Of a stretch of DNA of 64,000 nucleotides, positions 1 to 15,420 are shown piece after piece. How positions within the stretch are numbered: the first letter of the stretch is position 1; each line of letters starts with the position of its first letter. The notes below the pieces were generated by a model. It was not told the DNA's origin and ran no database searches. It saw nothing but the letters and a program-made list of their open reading frames with translations. The stretch comes from Eledone cirrhosa (lineage: Eukaryota), in the NCBI GenBank assembly GCA_964016885.1, contig OZ024741.1, forward strand, positions 11,966,001-12,030,000, in the 5' to 3' direction. The translations under genes and the position numbers were made by a program.

Positions 1-1379
1 CTGTAGACATAGACTAGTCATAGACGGTATACAAATGTAGACACAGACGGGTCATACACGGTATACAACTGTAGACATAGACTAGTCATAGACGGTATAC
101 AACTGTAGACAAAGACTAGGCATAGACGGTATACAACTGTAGACATCGACTGGTCAGTCAGTATACACATGTAGACATAGACTAGTCATAGACGGTATAC
201 AACTGTAGACATAGACTAGTCATACACGGTATACATCTGTAGACACAGACTAGTCCTAGATGGTATACAACTGTAGACATAGACTAGTCATAGACGGTAT
301 ACAACTGTAGACATAGACTAGTCATAGTCGGTATACAACTGTAGACATAGACTAGTCATCGTCGGTATACAACTGTAGATACAAACTAGTCATAGACGGT
401 ATACAACTGTAGACATAGACTAGTCATAGACGGTATACAACTGTAAATATAGACTAGTCATAGACAGTATACAACTGTAGACACAGACTAGTCATACTCG
501 GTATACATCTGTAGACACAGACTAGTCATAGACGGTATACAACTGTAGACACAGACTAGGTATAGACGGTATACAACTGTAGACATGAACTAGTCATAGT
601 CGGTATACAACTGTAGACATAGACAAGTCATAGTCGGTATAAAACTGTAGACATAGACTAGTCATAGACGGTATACAACTGTAGACATAGAGAAGTCTTA
701 GACGGTATACAGCTGTAAACTAAGACTAGTCATAGACGGTACACAACTATAGACATAGACTAGTCATTGACGGTATACAACTGTAGACACAGACTAGTTA
801 TAGTCGGTATACAACTGTAGACACAGACAAGTCATAGACGGTATACAACTGTAGACATAGACTAGTCATAGACGGTATACAAGCGTAGACATAGACTAGT
901 CATAGACGGTATGCAACTGTAGACATAGACTAGTCATAGACGGTATACAACTGTAGACATAGACAAGTCATAGACGGTATACAACTGTAGACATAGACAA
1001 GTCATAGATGGTATACAACTGTAGACATTGACTAGTCATAGACGGTATACAACTGTAGACATAGACTAGTCATAGACGGTATACAACTGTAGACATAGAC
1101 TAGTCATAGACGGTATACAACTGTAGACACAGACTAGTTATAGACGGTATACAACTGTAGACACAGACTAGTCATATACGGTATACAACTGTAGACATAG
1201 ACTAGTCATAGACGGTATACAACTGTAGACATATAACTAGTCATAGTCGGTATGCAACTGTAGACATAGACAAGTCATAGTCGGTATACATCTGTAGACA
1301 TAGACTAGTCATAGACGGTATACAACTGTAGACATAGACTAGTCATAGTAGGTATACAACTGTAGACATAGACAAGTCA

Positions 1380-4300
1380 TAGTCGGTAAACAACTGTAGA
1401 CATAGACTAGTCATAGACGGTATACAACTGTAGACATAGACTAGTCATAAACGGTATACAATTGTAGACATAGACTAGTCATAGACGGTATACAACTGTA
1501 GACATAGACTAGTCATAGGCGGTATACAACTGTAGACATATACTAGTCATAGACGGTATACAACTGTAGACATAGACTAGTCAATCAGTATACACATGTA
1601 GACATAGACTAATCATAGACAGTATACAACTGTAGACATAGACTAGTCATACACGGTATACAACTGTAGACACAGACTAGTCATACACGGTATACAACTG
1701 TAGACACAGACTAGTCATAGACGGTATACAACTGTAGACACAGACGAGTCATAGACGGTATACAACTGTAGACTCACACTAGGCATAGACGGTATACAAC
1801 TGTAGACATACACTAGTCATAGTCGGTATACAACTGTAGATATAGACTAGTCATAGACGGTATACAACTGTAGATATAGACTAGTCATAGACGGTATACA
1901 ACTGGACACACAGACTAGTCATAGACGGTATACAACTGTAGACACAGACTAGGCATAGACGGTATACAAATGTAGACATACACTAGTCATAGTCGGTATA
2001 CAACTGTAGATATAGACTAGTCATAGACGGTATACAACTGTAGATATAGACTAGTCATAGTCGGTATACAACTGTAGACACAGACTAGTCATAGACGGTA
2101 TACAACTGTAGACACAGACTAGGTATAGACGGTATACAACTGTAGACATACACTAGTATTATCGGTATACAACTGTAGACACAGACTAGGCATAGTCGGT
2201 ATACAACTGTAGATATAGACTAGTCATAGACGGTATACAACTGTAGACAGAGACTAGTCATACACGGTACACAACTGTAGACATAGACTAGTCATAGACG
2301 GTATACAACTGTAGACAGAGACTAGTCATACACGGTAGACAACTGTAGACACAGACTAGTCATAGACGGTATACAACTGTAGACACAGACTAGTCATACA
2401 CGGTAGACAACTGTAGAGATGGACTAGTCATAGACGCTATACAACTGTAGACACAGACTAGGCATAGACGGTATACAACCGTAGACACAGAGAAGTCATA
2501 GACGGTATACAACAGTAGACACAGACTAGTCATAGTCGGTATACAACCGTAGACACAGACTAGTCATAGACGGTATACAACTGTAGATATAGAAAAGTCA
2601 TAGACGGTATACAATCGTAAATATGACAAGTCATATACGGTATATAACTGTAGACATAGACAAGTCATAGTGGGTATACAACTGTAGACATAGACTAGTC
2701 ATAGACTGTATACAACTGTAGACACAGACTAGTCATACACAGTATACAACTGTAGGCATAGACTAGTCATAGACGGTATACAAATGTAGACACAGACTAA
2801 AGATAGACGGTATACAACTGTAGACACAGACTATGCATAGACGGTATACAACTGTAGACATAGACTAGTCATGGACGGTATACAAATGTAGACATAGACA
2901 AGTCATAGACGGTATACAACTGTAGACATAGACTAGTCATAGACGGTATACAACTCTAGACATAGACAAGTCATAGACGGTATACAACTGTAGACATAGA
3001 CTAGTCATAGACGGTATACAACTGTAGACATAGACTAGTCATAGTCGGTATACAACTGTAGACATAAACTAGTCATCGTCGGTATACAACTGTAGATACA
3101 AACTAGTCATAGACGGTATACAACTGTAGACATAGACTAGTCATAGACGGTATACCACTGTAGACACAGACAAGGCATAGACGGTATAAAGCTGTAGATA
3201 CAGACTAGTCATAGACGGCATACAACTGTAGACACAGACCAGACAAGTCATAGACGGTATGCAACCGTAGACACAGGGAAGTCATAGACGGTATACAACC
3301 GTCGACATAGAGTAGTCATAGTAGGTATACAACCGTAGAACAGACTAGTCATAGAGGGTATACAACTGTAGACATAGACAAGTCATAGACGGTATAGAAC
3401 TGTAAACATGTCATAGACGCTATACAACCGAGATATGACAAGTCATAGACGGTATACAACTGTAGACATAGACAAGTCTTAGACGGTATACAGCTGTAAA
3501 CATAGACTAGTCATAGACGGTACACAACTGTAGACATAGACTAGACATAGACGTATGCAACTGAAGACATAGACTAATCATAGACGGTATAAAACTGTAG
3601 ACACAGACTAGGCATAGCTGTATGCAACTGTAAACATAGACTAGTCATAGTCGGTATACATCTGTAGACATAGACTAGTCATAGACGGTATACAACTGTA
3701 GACATAGACTAGTCATAGTCGGTATACAACTGTAGACATAGACAAGTCATAGTCGGTAAACAACTGTAGACATAGACTAGTCATAGACGGTATACAACTG
3801 TAGACATAGACTAGTCATAAACGGTATACAATTGTAGACATAGACTAGTCATAGACGGTATACAACTGTAGACATAGACTAGTCATAGACGGTATACAAC
3901 TGTAGACATATACTAGTCATAGACGGTATACAACTCTAGACATAGACTAGTCAGTCAGTATACACATGTAGACATAGACTAATGATAGACGGTATACAAC
4001 TGTAGACATAGACTAGTCATACACGGTATACAACTGTAGACACAGACTAGTCATACACGGTATACAACTGTAGACACAGACTAGTCATAGACGGTATACA
4101 ACTGTAGACACAGACGAGTCATAGACGGTATACAACTGTAGACTCAGACTAGGCATAGACGGTATACAACTGTAGACATATATTAGTCATAGTCGGTATA
4201 CAACTGTAGATATAGACTAGTCATAGACGGTATACAACTGTAGATATAGACTAGTCATAGACGGTATACAACTGGACACACAGACTAGTCATAGACGGTA

Positions 4301-7300
4301 TACAACTGTAGACACAGACTAGGCATAGACGGTATACAAATGTAGACATACACTAGTCATAGTCGGTATACAACTGTAGATATAGACTAGTCATAGACGG
4401 TATACAACTGTAGACACAGACTAGGCATAGTCGGTATACAACTGTAGATATAGACTAGTCATAGACGGTATACAACTGTAGACAGAGACTAGTCATACAC
4501 GGTACACAACTGTAGACATAGACTAGTCATAGACGGTATACAACTGTAGACAGAGACTAGTCACACACGGTAGACAACTGCAGACACAGACTAGTCATAG
4601 ACGGTATACAACTGTAGACACAGACTAGTCATACACGGTAGACAACTGTAGAGATGGACTAGTCATAGACGCTATACAACTGTAGACACAGACTAGGCAT
4701 AGACGGTATACAACCGTAGACACAGAGAAGTCATAGACGGTATACAACAGTAGACACAGACTAGTCATAGACGGTATACAACTGTAGATATAGACAAGTC
4801 ATAGACGGTATACAATCGTAAATATGACAAGTCATATACGGTATATAACTGTAGACATAGACAAGTCATAGTGGGTATACAACTGTAGACATAGACTAGT
4901 CATAGACGGTATACCACTGTAGACACAGACAAGGCATAGACGGTATAAAGCTGTAGACACAGACTAGTCATAGACGGTATACAACTGTAGACACAGACCA
5001 GACAAGTCATAGACGGTATGCAACCGTAGACACAGAGAAGTCATAGACGGTATACAACCGTCGACATAGAGTAGTCATAGTAGGTATACAACCGTAGAAC
5101 AGACTAGTCATAGAGGGTATACAACTGTAGACATAGACAAGTCATAGACGGTATAGAACTGTAAACATGTCATAGACGCTATACAACCGAGATATGACAA
5201 GTCATAGACGGTATACAACTGTAGACATAGACAAGTCTTAGACGGTATACAGCTGTAAACATAGACTAGTCATAGACGGTACACAACTGTAGACATAGAC
5301 TAGACATAGACGTATGCAACTGAAGACATAGACTAATCATAGACGGTATAAAACTGTAGACACAGACTAGGCATAGCTGTATGCAACTGTAAACATAGAC
5401 TAGTCATAGTCGGTATACAACTGTAGACATAGACTAGTAGTAGACGGTATACAAATCTAGACACAGACGAGTCATACACGGTATACAACTGTAGAAATAG
5501 ACTAGTCATAGACGGTATACAACTGTAGACATAGACTAGTCATAGACGGTATACAACTGTAGACATAGACAAGTCATAGTCGGTATACAACTGTAGACAT
5601 TGACTAGTCATCGTCGGTATACAACTGTAGATACAAACTAGTCATAGACGGTATACAACTGTAGACATAGACTAGTCATAGACGGTATACAACTGTAAAT
5701 ATAGACTAGTCATAGACAGTATACAACTGTAGACACAAACTAGTCATACACGGTATACAACTGTAGACACAGACTAGGCATAGCTGTATGCAACTGTAGA
5801 CATAGACTAGTCAGTCAGTATACACATGTAGACATAGACTAGTCATAGACGGTATACAACTGTAGACATAGACTAGTCATACACGGTATACAACTGTAGA
5901 CATAGACTAGTCATAGACGGTATACAACTGTAGACATAGACTAGTCATAGACGGTATACAACTGTAGACATAGACAAGTCATAGTCGGTATACAACTGTA
6001 GACATTGACTAGTCATCGTCGGTATACAACTGTAGATACAAACTAGTCATAGACGGTATACAACTGTAGACATAGACTAGTCATAGACGGTATACAACTG
6101 TAAATATAGACTAGTCATAGACAGTATACAACTGTAGACACAAACTAGTCATACACGGTATACAACTGTAGACATAGATTGTCATAGACCGTATACAACT
6201 GTAGACATAGACTAGTCATAGTCGGTATACAACTGTAGACAGACTAGTCATAGACGATATACAACTGGAGACATAGACTAGTCATAGTCGGTATACAACT
6301 GTAGACATAGACTAGTCATACACGGTATACAACTGTAGACACAGGCTAGTCATAGACGGTATACAACTGTAGACACAGACTAGGTATAGACGGTATACAA
6401 CTGTAGACATAGACTAGTCAGTCAGTATACAACTGTAGACATAGACTAGTCATAGACGGTATTCAACTGTAGACGTAGACTAGTCATAGTCGGTATACAA
6501 CTGTAGACATAGACAAGTCATAGTCGGTATAAAACTGTAGACATAGACTAGTCATAGACGGTATACAACTGTAGACATAGACTAGTCATAGATGGTATAC
6601 GACTGTAGACAAATAATAGACGGTATACAACCGTAGATATGACAAGTCATAGACGGTATACAACTGTAGACATAGAGAAGTCTTAGACGGTATACAGCTG
6701 TAAACTAAGACTAGTCATAGACGCTACACAACTATAGACATAGACTAGTCATTGACGGTATACAACTGTAGACACAGACTAGTTATAGTCGGTATACAAC
6801 TGTAGACACAGACAAGTCATAGACGGTATACAACTGTAGACATAGACTACTCATAGACGGTATACAACCGTAGACATAGACTAGTCATAGACGGTATGCA
6901 ACTGTAGACATAGAATAGTCATAGACGGTATACAACTGTAGACATAGACAAGTCATAGACGGTATACAACTGTATACATAGACTAGTCATAGACGGTATA
7001 CAACTGTAGACATAGACTAGTCATAGACGGTATACAACTGTAGACACAGACTAGTTATAGACGGTATACAACTGTAGACACAGACTAGTCATATACGGTA
7101 TACAACTGTAGACATAGACTAGTCATAGACGGTATACAACTGTAGACATAGACTAGTCATAGTCGGTATGCAACTGTAGACATAGACAAGTCATAGTCGG
7201 TATACATCTGTAGACATAGACTAGTCATAGACGGTATACAACTGTAGACATAGACTAGTCATATTCGGTATACAACTGTAGACATAGACAAGTCATAGTC

Positions 7301-10300
7301 GGTAAACAAATGTAGACATAGACTAGTCATAGACGGTATACAACTGTAGACATAGACTAGTCATAAACGGTATACAATTGTAGACATAGACTAGTCATAG
7401 ACGGTATACAACTGTAGACATAGACTAGTCATAGACGGTATACAACTCTAGACATAAACTAGTCATAGACGGTATACAACTGTAGACATAGACTAGTCAG
7501 TCAGTATACTCATGTAGACATAGACAAGTCATAAACGGTATACAACTGTAGACATAGACTAGTCATACACGGTATACAACTGTAGACACAGACTAGTAAT
7601 ACACGGTATGCAACTGTAGACATAGACTAGTCATAGGCGGTATACAACTGTAGACATAGACTAGTCATAGACGGTATACAACTGTAGATACAAACTAGTC
7701 ATAGACGGTATACAACTGTAGACACAGACTAGGCATAGAAGGTATACAACTGTAGACACAGACTAGACATAGACGGTATACAACTGTAAACATAGTCTAG
7801 TCATAGACGGTATACATCCGTAGACATAGACTAGTCATAGACGGTATGCAACTGTAGACATAGACTAGTCATTGACGATATACAACTGTAGACACAGACT
7901 ATGCATAAAACGGTATACAACTGTAAACATAGTCTAGTCATAGACGGTATACATCCGTAGACATAGACTAGTCATAGACGGTATGCAACTGTAGACATAG
8001 ACTAGTCATAGATGGTATACAACTGTAGATATAGACTAGTCATTGTCGGTATACAACTGTAGACAAAGACTAGTCATACACGGTATACAACTGTAGACAT
8101 AGACTAGTCATAGACGGTATACAACTGTAGACATAGACTAGTCATAGTCGGTATACAACTGTAGACACAGACTAGTCATAGACGGTATACAACTGTAGAC
8201 ACAGACTAGTCATAGACGGTATACAACTGTAGACATAGACTAGTCATAGACGGTATACAACTGTAGACATAGACTAGTCATAGTCGGTATACAACTGTAG
8301 ACACAGACTTGTCATAGACGGTATACAAATGTAGACATAGACTAGTCATAGAAGGTATACAACTGTAGACACAGACTAGTCATAGACGGTATACAACTGT
8401 AGACACAGACTAGTCATAGTCGGTAAACAACTGTAGACATAGACTAGTCATAGACGGTATACAGCTGTAGACATAGACTAGTCATAAACGGTATACAATT
8501 GTAGACATAGACTAGTCATAGACGGTATACAACTGTAGACATAGACTAGTCATAGGCGGTATACAACTGTAGACATATACTAGTCATAGACGGTATACAA
8601 CTGTAGACATAGACTAGTCAGTCAGTATACACATGTAGACATAGACTAATCATAGACGGTATACAACTGTAGACATAGACTAGTCATACACGGTATACAA
8701 CTGTAGACACAGACTAGTCATAGACGGTATACAACTGTAGACACAGACGAGTCATAGACGGTATACAACTGTAGACTCACACTAGGCATAGACGGTATAC
8801 AACTGTAGACATACACTAGTCATAGTCGGTATACAACTGTAGATATAGACTAGTCATAGACGGTATACAACTGTAGATATAGACTAGTCATAGACGGTAT
8901 ACAACTGGACACACAGACTAGTCATAGACGGTATACAACTGTAGACACAGACTAGGCATAGACGGTATACAAATGTAGACATACACTAGTCATAGTCGGT
9001 ATACAACTGTAGATATAGACTAGTCATAGACGGTATACAACTGTAGATATAGACTAGTCATAGTCGGTATACAACTGTAGACACAGACTAGTCATAGACG
9101 GTATACAACTGTAGACACAGACTAGGTATAGACGGTATACAACTGTAGACATACACTAGTCATTATCGGTATACAACTGTAGACACAGACTAGGCATAGT
9201 CGGTATACAACTGTAGATATAGACTAGTCATAGACGGTATACAACTGTAGACAGAGACTAGTCATACACGGTACACAACTGTAGACATAGACTAGTCATA
9301 GACGGTATACAACTGTAGACAGAGACTAGTCATACACGGTAGACAACTGTAGACACAGACTAGTCATACACGGTAGACAACTGTAGAGATGGACTAGTCA
9401 TAGACGCTATACAACTGTAGACACAGACTAGACATAGACGGTATACAACCGTAGACACAGAGAAGTCATAGACGGTATACAACAGTAGACACAGACTAGT
9501 CATAGTCGGTATACAACCGTAGACACAGACTAGTCATAGACGGTATACAACTGTAGATATAGAAAAGTCATAGACGGTATACAATCGTAAATATGACAAG
9601 TCATATACGGTATATAACTGTAGACATAGACAAGTCATATTGGGTATACAACTGTAGACATAGACTAGTCATAGACGGTATACAACTGTAGACACAGACT
9701 AGTCATACACAGTATACAACTGTAGGCATAGACTAGTCATAGACGGTATACAACTGTAGACACAGACTAGTCATACACAGTATACAACTGTAGGCATAGA
9801 CTAGTCATAGACGGTATACAAATGTAGACACAGACTAAAGATAGACGGTATACAACTGTAGACACAGACTATGCATAGACGGTATACAACTGTAGACATA
9901 GACTAGTCATAGACGGTATACAAATGTAGACATAGACAAGTCATAGACGGTATACAACTGTAGACATAGACTAGTCATAGACGGTATACAACTCTAGACA
10001 TAGACAAGTCATAGACGGTATACAACTGTAGACATAGACTAGTCATAGACGGTATACAACTGTAGACATAGACTAGTCATAGTCGGTATACAACTGTAGA
10101 CATAAACTAGTCATCGTCGGTATACAACTGTAGATACAAACTAGTCATAGACGGTATACAACTGTAGACATAGACTAGTCATAGACGGTATACCACTGTA
10201 GACACAGACAAGGCATAGACGGTATAAAGCTGTAGATACAGACTAGTCATAGACGGCATACAACTGTAGACACAGACCAGACAAGTCATAGACGGTATGC

Positions 10301-13300
10301 AACCGTAGACACAGAGAAGTCATAGACGGTATACAACCGTCGACATAGAGTAGTCATAGTAGGTATACAACCGTAGAACAGACTAGTCATAGAGGGTATA
10401 CAACTGTAGACATAGACAAGTCATAGACGGTATAGAACTGTAAACATGTCATAGACGCTATACAACCGAGATATGACAAGTCATGGACGGTATACAACTG
10501 TAGACATAGACAAGTCTTAGACGGTATACAGCTGTAAACATAGACTAGTCATAGACGGTACACAACTGTAGACATAGACTAGACATAGACGTATGCAACT
10601 GAAGACATAGACTAATCATAGACGGTATAAAACTGTAGACACAGACTAGGCATAGCTGTATGCATCTGTAAACATAGACTAGTCATAGTCGGTATACATC
10701 TGTAGACATAGACTAGTCATAGACGGTATACAACTGTAGACATAGACTAGTCATAGTCGGTATACAACTGTAGACATAGACAAGTCATAGTCGGTAAACA
10801 ACTGTAGACATAGACTAGTCATAGACGGTATACAACTGTAGACATAGACTAGTTATAAACGGTATACAATTGTAGACATAGACTAGTCATAGACGGTATA
10901 CAACTGTAGACATAGACTAGTCATAGACGGTATACAACTGTAGACATATACTAGTCATAGACGGTATACAACTCTAGACATAGACTAGTCAGTCAGTATA
11001 CACATGTAGACATAGACTAATCATAGACGGTATACAACTGTAGACATAGAATAGTCATACACGGTATACAACTGTAGACACAGACTAGTCATACACGGTA
11101 TACAACTGTAGACACAGACTAGTCATAGACGGTATACAACTGTAGACACAGACGAGTCATAGACGGTATACAACTGTAGACTCAGACTAGGCATAGACGG
11201 TATACAACTGTAGACATATATTAGTCATAGTCGGTATACAACTGTAGATATAGACTAGTCATAGACGGTATACAACTGTAGATATAGACTAGTCATAGAC
11301 GGTATACAACTGTAGATATAGACTAGTCATAGACGGTATACAACTGGACACACAGACTAGTCATAGACGGTATACAACTGTAGACACAGACTAGGCATAG
11401 ACGGTATACAAATGTAGACATACACTAGTCATAGTCGGTATACAACTGTAGATATAGACTAGTCATAGACGGTATACAACTGTAGACACAGACTAGGCAT
11501 AGTCGGTATACAACTGTAGATATAGACTAGTCATAGACGGTATACAACTGTAGACAGAGACTAGTCATACACGGTACACAACTGTAGACATAGACTAGTC
11601 ATAGACGGTATACAACTGTAGACAGAGACTAGTCACACACGGTAGACAACTGTAGACACAGACTAGTCATAGACGGTATACAACTGTAGACACAGACTAG
11701 TCATACACGGTAGACAACTGTAGAGATGGACTAGTCATAGACGCTATACAACTGTAGACACAGACTAGGCATAGACGGTATACAACCGTAGACACAGAGA
11801 AGTCATAGACGGTATACAACAGTAGACACAGACTAGTCATAGACGGTATACAACTGTAGATATAGACAAGTCATAGACGGTATACAATCGTAAATATGAC
11901 AAGTCATATACGGTATATAACTGTAGACATAGACAAGTCATAGTGGGTATACAACTGTAGACATAGACTAGTCATAGACGGTATACCACTGTAGACACAG
12001 ACAAGGCATAGACTGTATAAAGCTGTAGACACAGACTAGTCATAGACGGTATACAACTGTAGACACAGACCAGACAAGTCATAGACGGTATGCAACCGTA
12101 GACACAGAGAAGTTATAGACGGTATACAACCGTCGACATAGAGTAGTCATAGTAGGTATACAACCGTAGAACAGACTAGTCATAGAGGGTATACAACTGT
12201 AGACATAGACAAGTCATAGACGGTATAGAATTGTAAACATGTCATAGACGCTATACAACCGAGATATGACAAGTCATAGACGGTATACAACTGTAGACAT
12301 AGACAAGTCTTAGACGGTATACAGGTGTAAACATAGACTAGTCATAGACGGTACACAACTGTAGACATAGACTAGACATAGACGTATGCAACTGAAGACA
12401 TAGACTAATCATAGACGGTATAAAACTGTAGACACAGACTAGGCATAGCTGTATGCAACTGTAAACATAGACTAGTCATAGTCGGTATACAACTGTAGAC
12501 ATAGACTAGTCATAGACGGTATACAAATCTAGACACAGACGAGTCATACACGGTATACAACTGTAGACATAGACTAGTCATAGACGGTATACAACTGTAG
12601 ACACAGACTAGTCATAGACGGTATACAACTGTAGACACAGACTAGGCATAGACGGTATACAACTGTAGACATAGACTAGTCATGGAGTGTATACAACTGT
12701 AGACACAGACTAGTCATAGACGGTATACAACTGTAGACATAGACTACTCATAGACGGTATACAACTGTAGACAAAGACTAGGCATAGACGGTATACAACT
12801 GTAGACATAGACTAGTCAGTCAGTATACACATGTAGACATAGACTAGTCATAGACGGTATACAACTGTAGACATAGACTAGTCATACACGGTATACATAT
12901 GTAGACACAGACTAGTCATAGACGGTATACAACTGTAGACATAGACTAGTCATAGACGGTATAGAACTGTAGACATAGACTAGTCATAGTCGGTATACAA
13001 CTGTAGACATAGACTAGTCATCGTCGGTATACAACTGTAGATACAAACTAGTCATAGACGGTATACAACTGTAGACATAGACTAGTCTTAGACGTTATAC
13101 AACTGTAAATATAGACTAGTCATAGACAGTATACAACTGTAGACACAAACTAGTCATACACGGTATACAACTGTAGACATAGATTGTCATAGACCGTATA
13201 CAACTGTAGACATAGACTAGTCATAGTCGGTATACAACTGTAGACAGACTAGTCATAGACGATATACAACTGGAGACATAGACTAGTCATAGTCGGTATA

Positions 13301-15420
13301 CAACTGTAGACATAGACTAGTCATACACGGTATACAACTGTAGACACAGGCTAGTCATAGACGGTATACAACTGTAGACACAGACTAGGTATAGACGGTA
13401 TACAACTGTAGACATAGACTAGTCAGTCAGTATACAACTGTAGACATAGACTAGTCATAGACGGTATTCAACTGTAGACGTAGACTAGTCATAGTCGGTA
13501 TACAACTGTAGACATAGAGAAGTCATAGTCGGTATAAAACTGTAGACATAGACTAGTCATAGACGGTATACAACTGTAGACATAGACTAGTCATAGATGG
13601 TATACGACTGTAGACAAATAATAGACGGTATACAACCGTAGATATGACAAGTCATAGACGGTATACAACTGTAGACATAGAGAAGTCTTAGACGGTATAC
13701 AGCTGTAAACTAAGACTAGTCATAGACGCTACACAACTATAGACATAGACTAGTCATTGACGGTATACAACTGTAGACACAGACTAGTTATAGTCGGTAT
13801 ACAACTGTAGACACAGACAAGTCATAGACGGTATACAACTGTAGACATAGACTAGTCATAGACGGTATACAACCGTAGACATAGACTAGTCATAGACGGT
13901 ATGCAACTGTAGACATAGAATAGTCATAGACGGTATACAACTGTAGACATAGACAAGTCATAGACGGTATACAACTGTATACATAGACTAGTCATAGACG
14001 GTATACAACTGTAGACATAGACTAGTCATAGACGGTATACAACTGTAGACACAGACTAGTTATAGACGGTATACAACTATAGACACAGACTAGTCATATA
14101 CGGTATACAACTGTAGACATAGACTAGTCATAGACGGTATACAACTGTAGACATAGACTAGTCATAGTCGGTATGCAACTGTAGACATAGACAAGTCATA
14201 GTCGGTATACATCTGTAGACATAGACTAGTCATAGACGGTATACAACTGTAGACATAGACTAGTCATAGTCGGTATACAACTGTAGACATAGACAAGTCA
14301 TAGTCGGTAAACAAATGTAGACATAGACTAGTCATAGACGGTATACAACTGTAGACATAGACTAGTCATAAACGGTATACAATTGTAGACATAGACTAGT
14401 CATAGACGGTATACAACTGTAGACATAGACTAGTCATAGACGGTATACAACTCTAGACATAAACTAGTCATAGACGGTATACAACTGTAGACATAGACTA
14501 GTCAGTCAGTATACTCATGTAGACATAGACAAGTCATAAACGGTATACAACTGTAGACATAGACTAGTCATACACGGTATACAACTGTAGACACAGACTA
14601 GTAATACACGGTATACAACTGTAGACATAGACTAGTCATAGACGGTATACAACTGTAGACATAGACTAGTCATAGACGGTATACAACTGTAGATACAAAC
14701 TAGTCATAGACGGTATACAACTGTAGACACAGACTAGGCATAGAAGGTATACAACTGTAGACACAGACTAGACATAGACGGTATACAACTGTAAACATAG
14801 TCTAGTCATAGACGGTATACATCCGTAGACATAGACTAGTCATAGACGGTATGCAACTGTAGACATAGACTAGTCATTGACGATATACAACTGTAGACAC
14901 AGACTATGCATAAAACGGTATACAACTGTAAACATAGTCTAGTCATAGACGGTATACATCCGTAGACATAGACTAGTCATAGACGGTATGCAACTGTAGA
15001 CATAGACTAGTCATAGATGGTATACAACTGTAGATATAGACTAGTCATTGTCGGTATACAACTGTAGACAAAGACTAGTCATACACGGTATACAACTGTA
15101 GACATAGACTAGTCATAGACGGTATACAACTGTAGACATAGACTAGTCATAGTCGGTATACAACTGTAGACACAGACTAGTCATAGACGGTATACAACTG
15201 TAGACACAGACTAGTCATAGACGGTATACAACTGTAGACATAGACTAGTCATAGACGGTATACAACTGTAGACATAGACTAGTCATAGTCGGTATACAAC
15301 TGTAGACACAGACTTGTCATATACGGTATACAAATGTAGACATAGACTAGTCATAGAAGGTATACAACTGTAGACACAGACTAGTCATAGACGGTATACA
15401 ACTGTAGACACAGACTAGTC
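1380..15420 (+). repeat. Higher-order tandem duplication of about 7.0 kb (two copies) within the 34-bp satellite
   Basis: Rare variants recur at offsets of 7005-7072: GTCGGTAAAC 1382/8419, GACCAGACAAG 3237/10275 and 4996/12068, GATTGTCATAGACCG 6177/13182, GACTTGTC 8306/15311. Boundaries are approximate. Confidence 0.85.
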
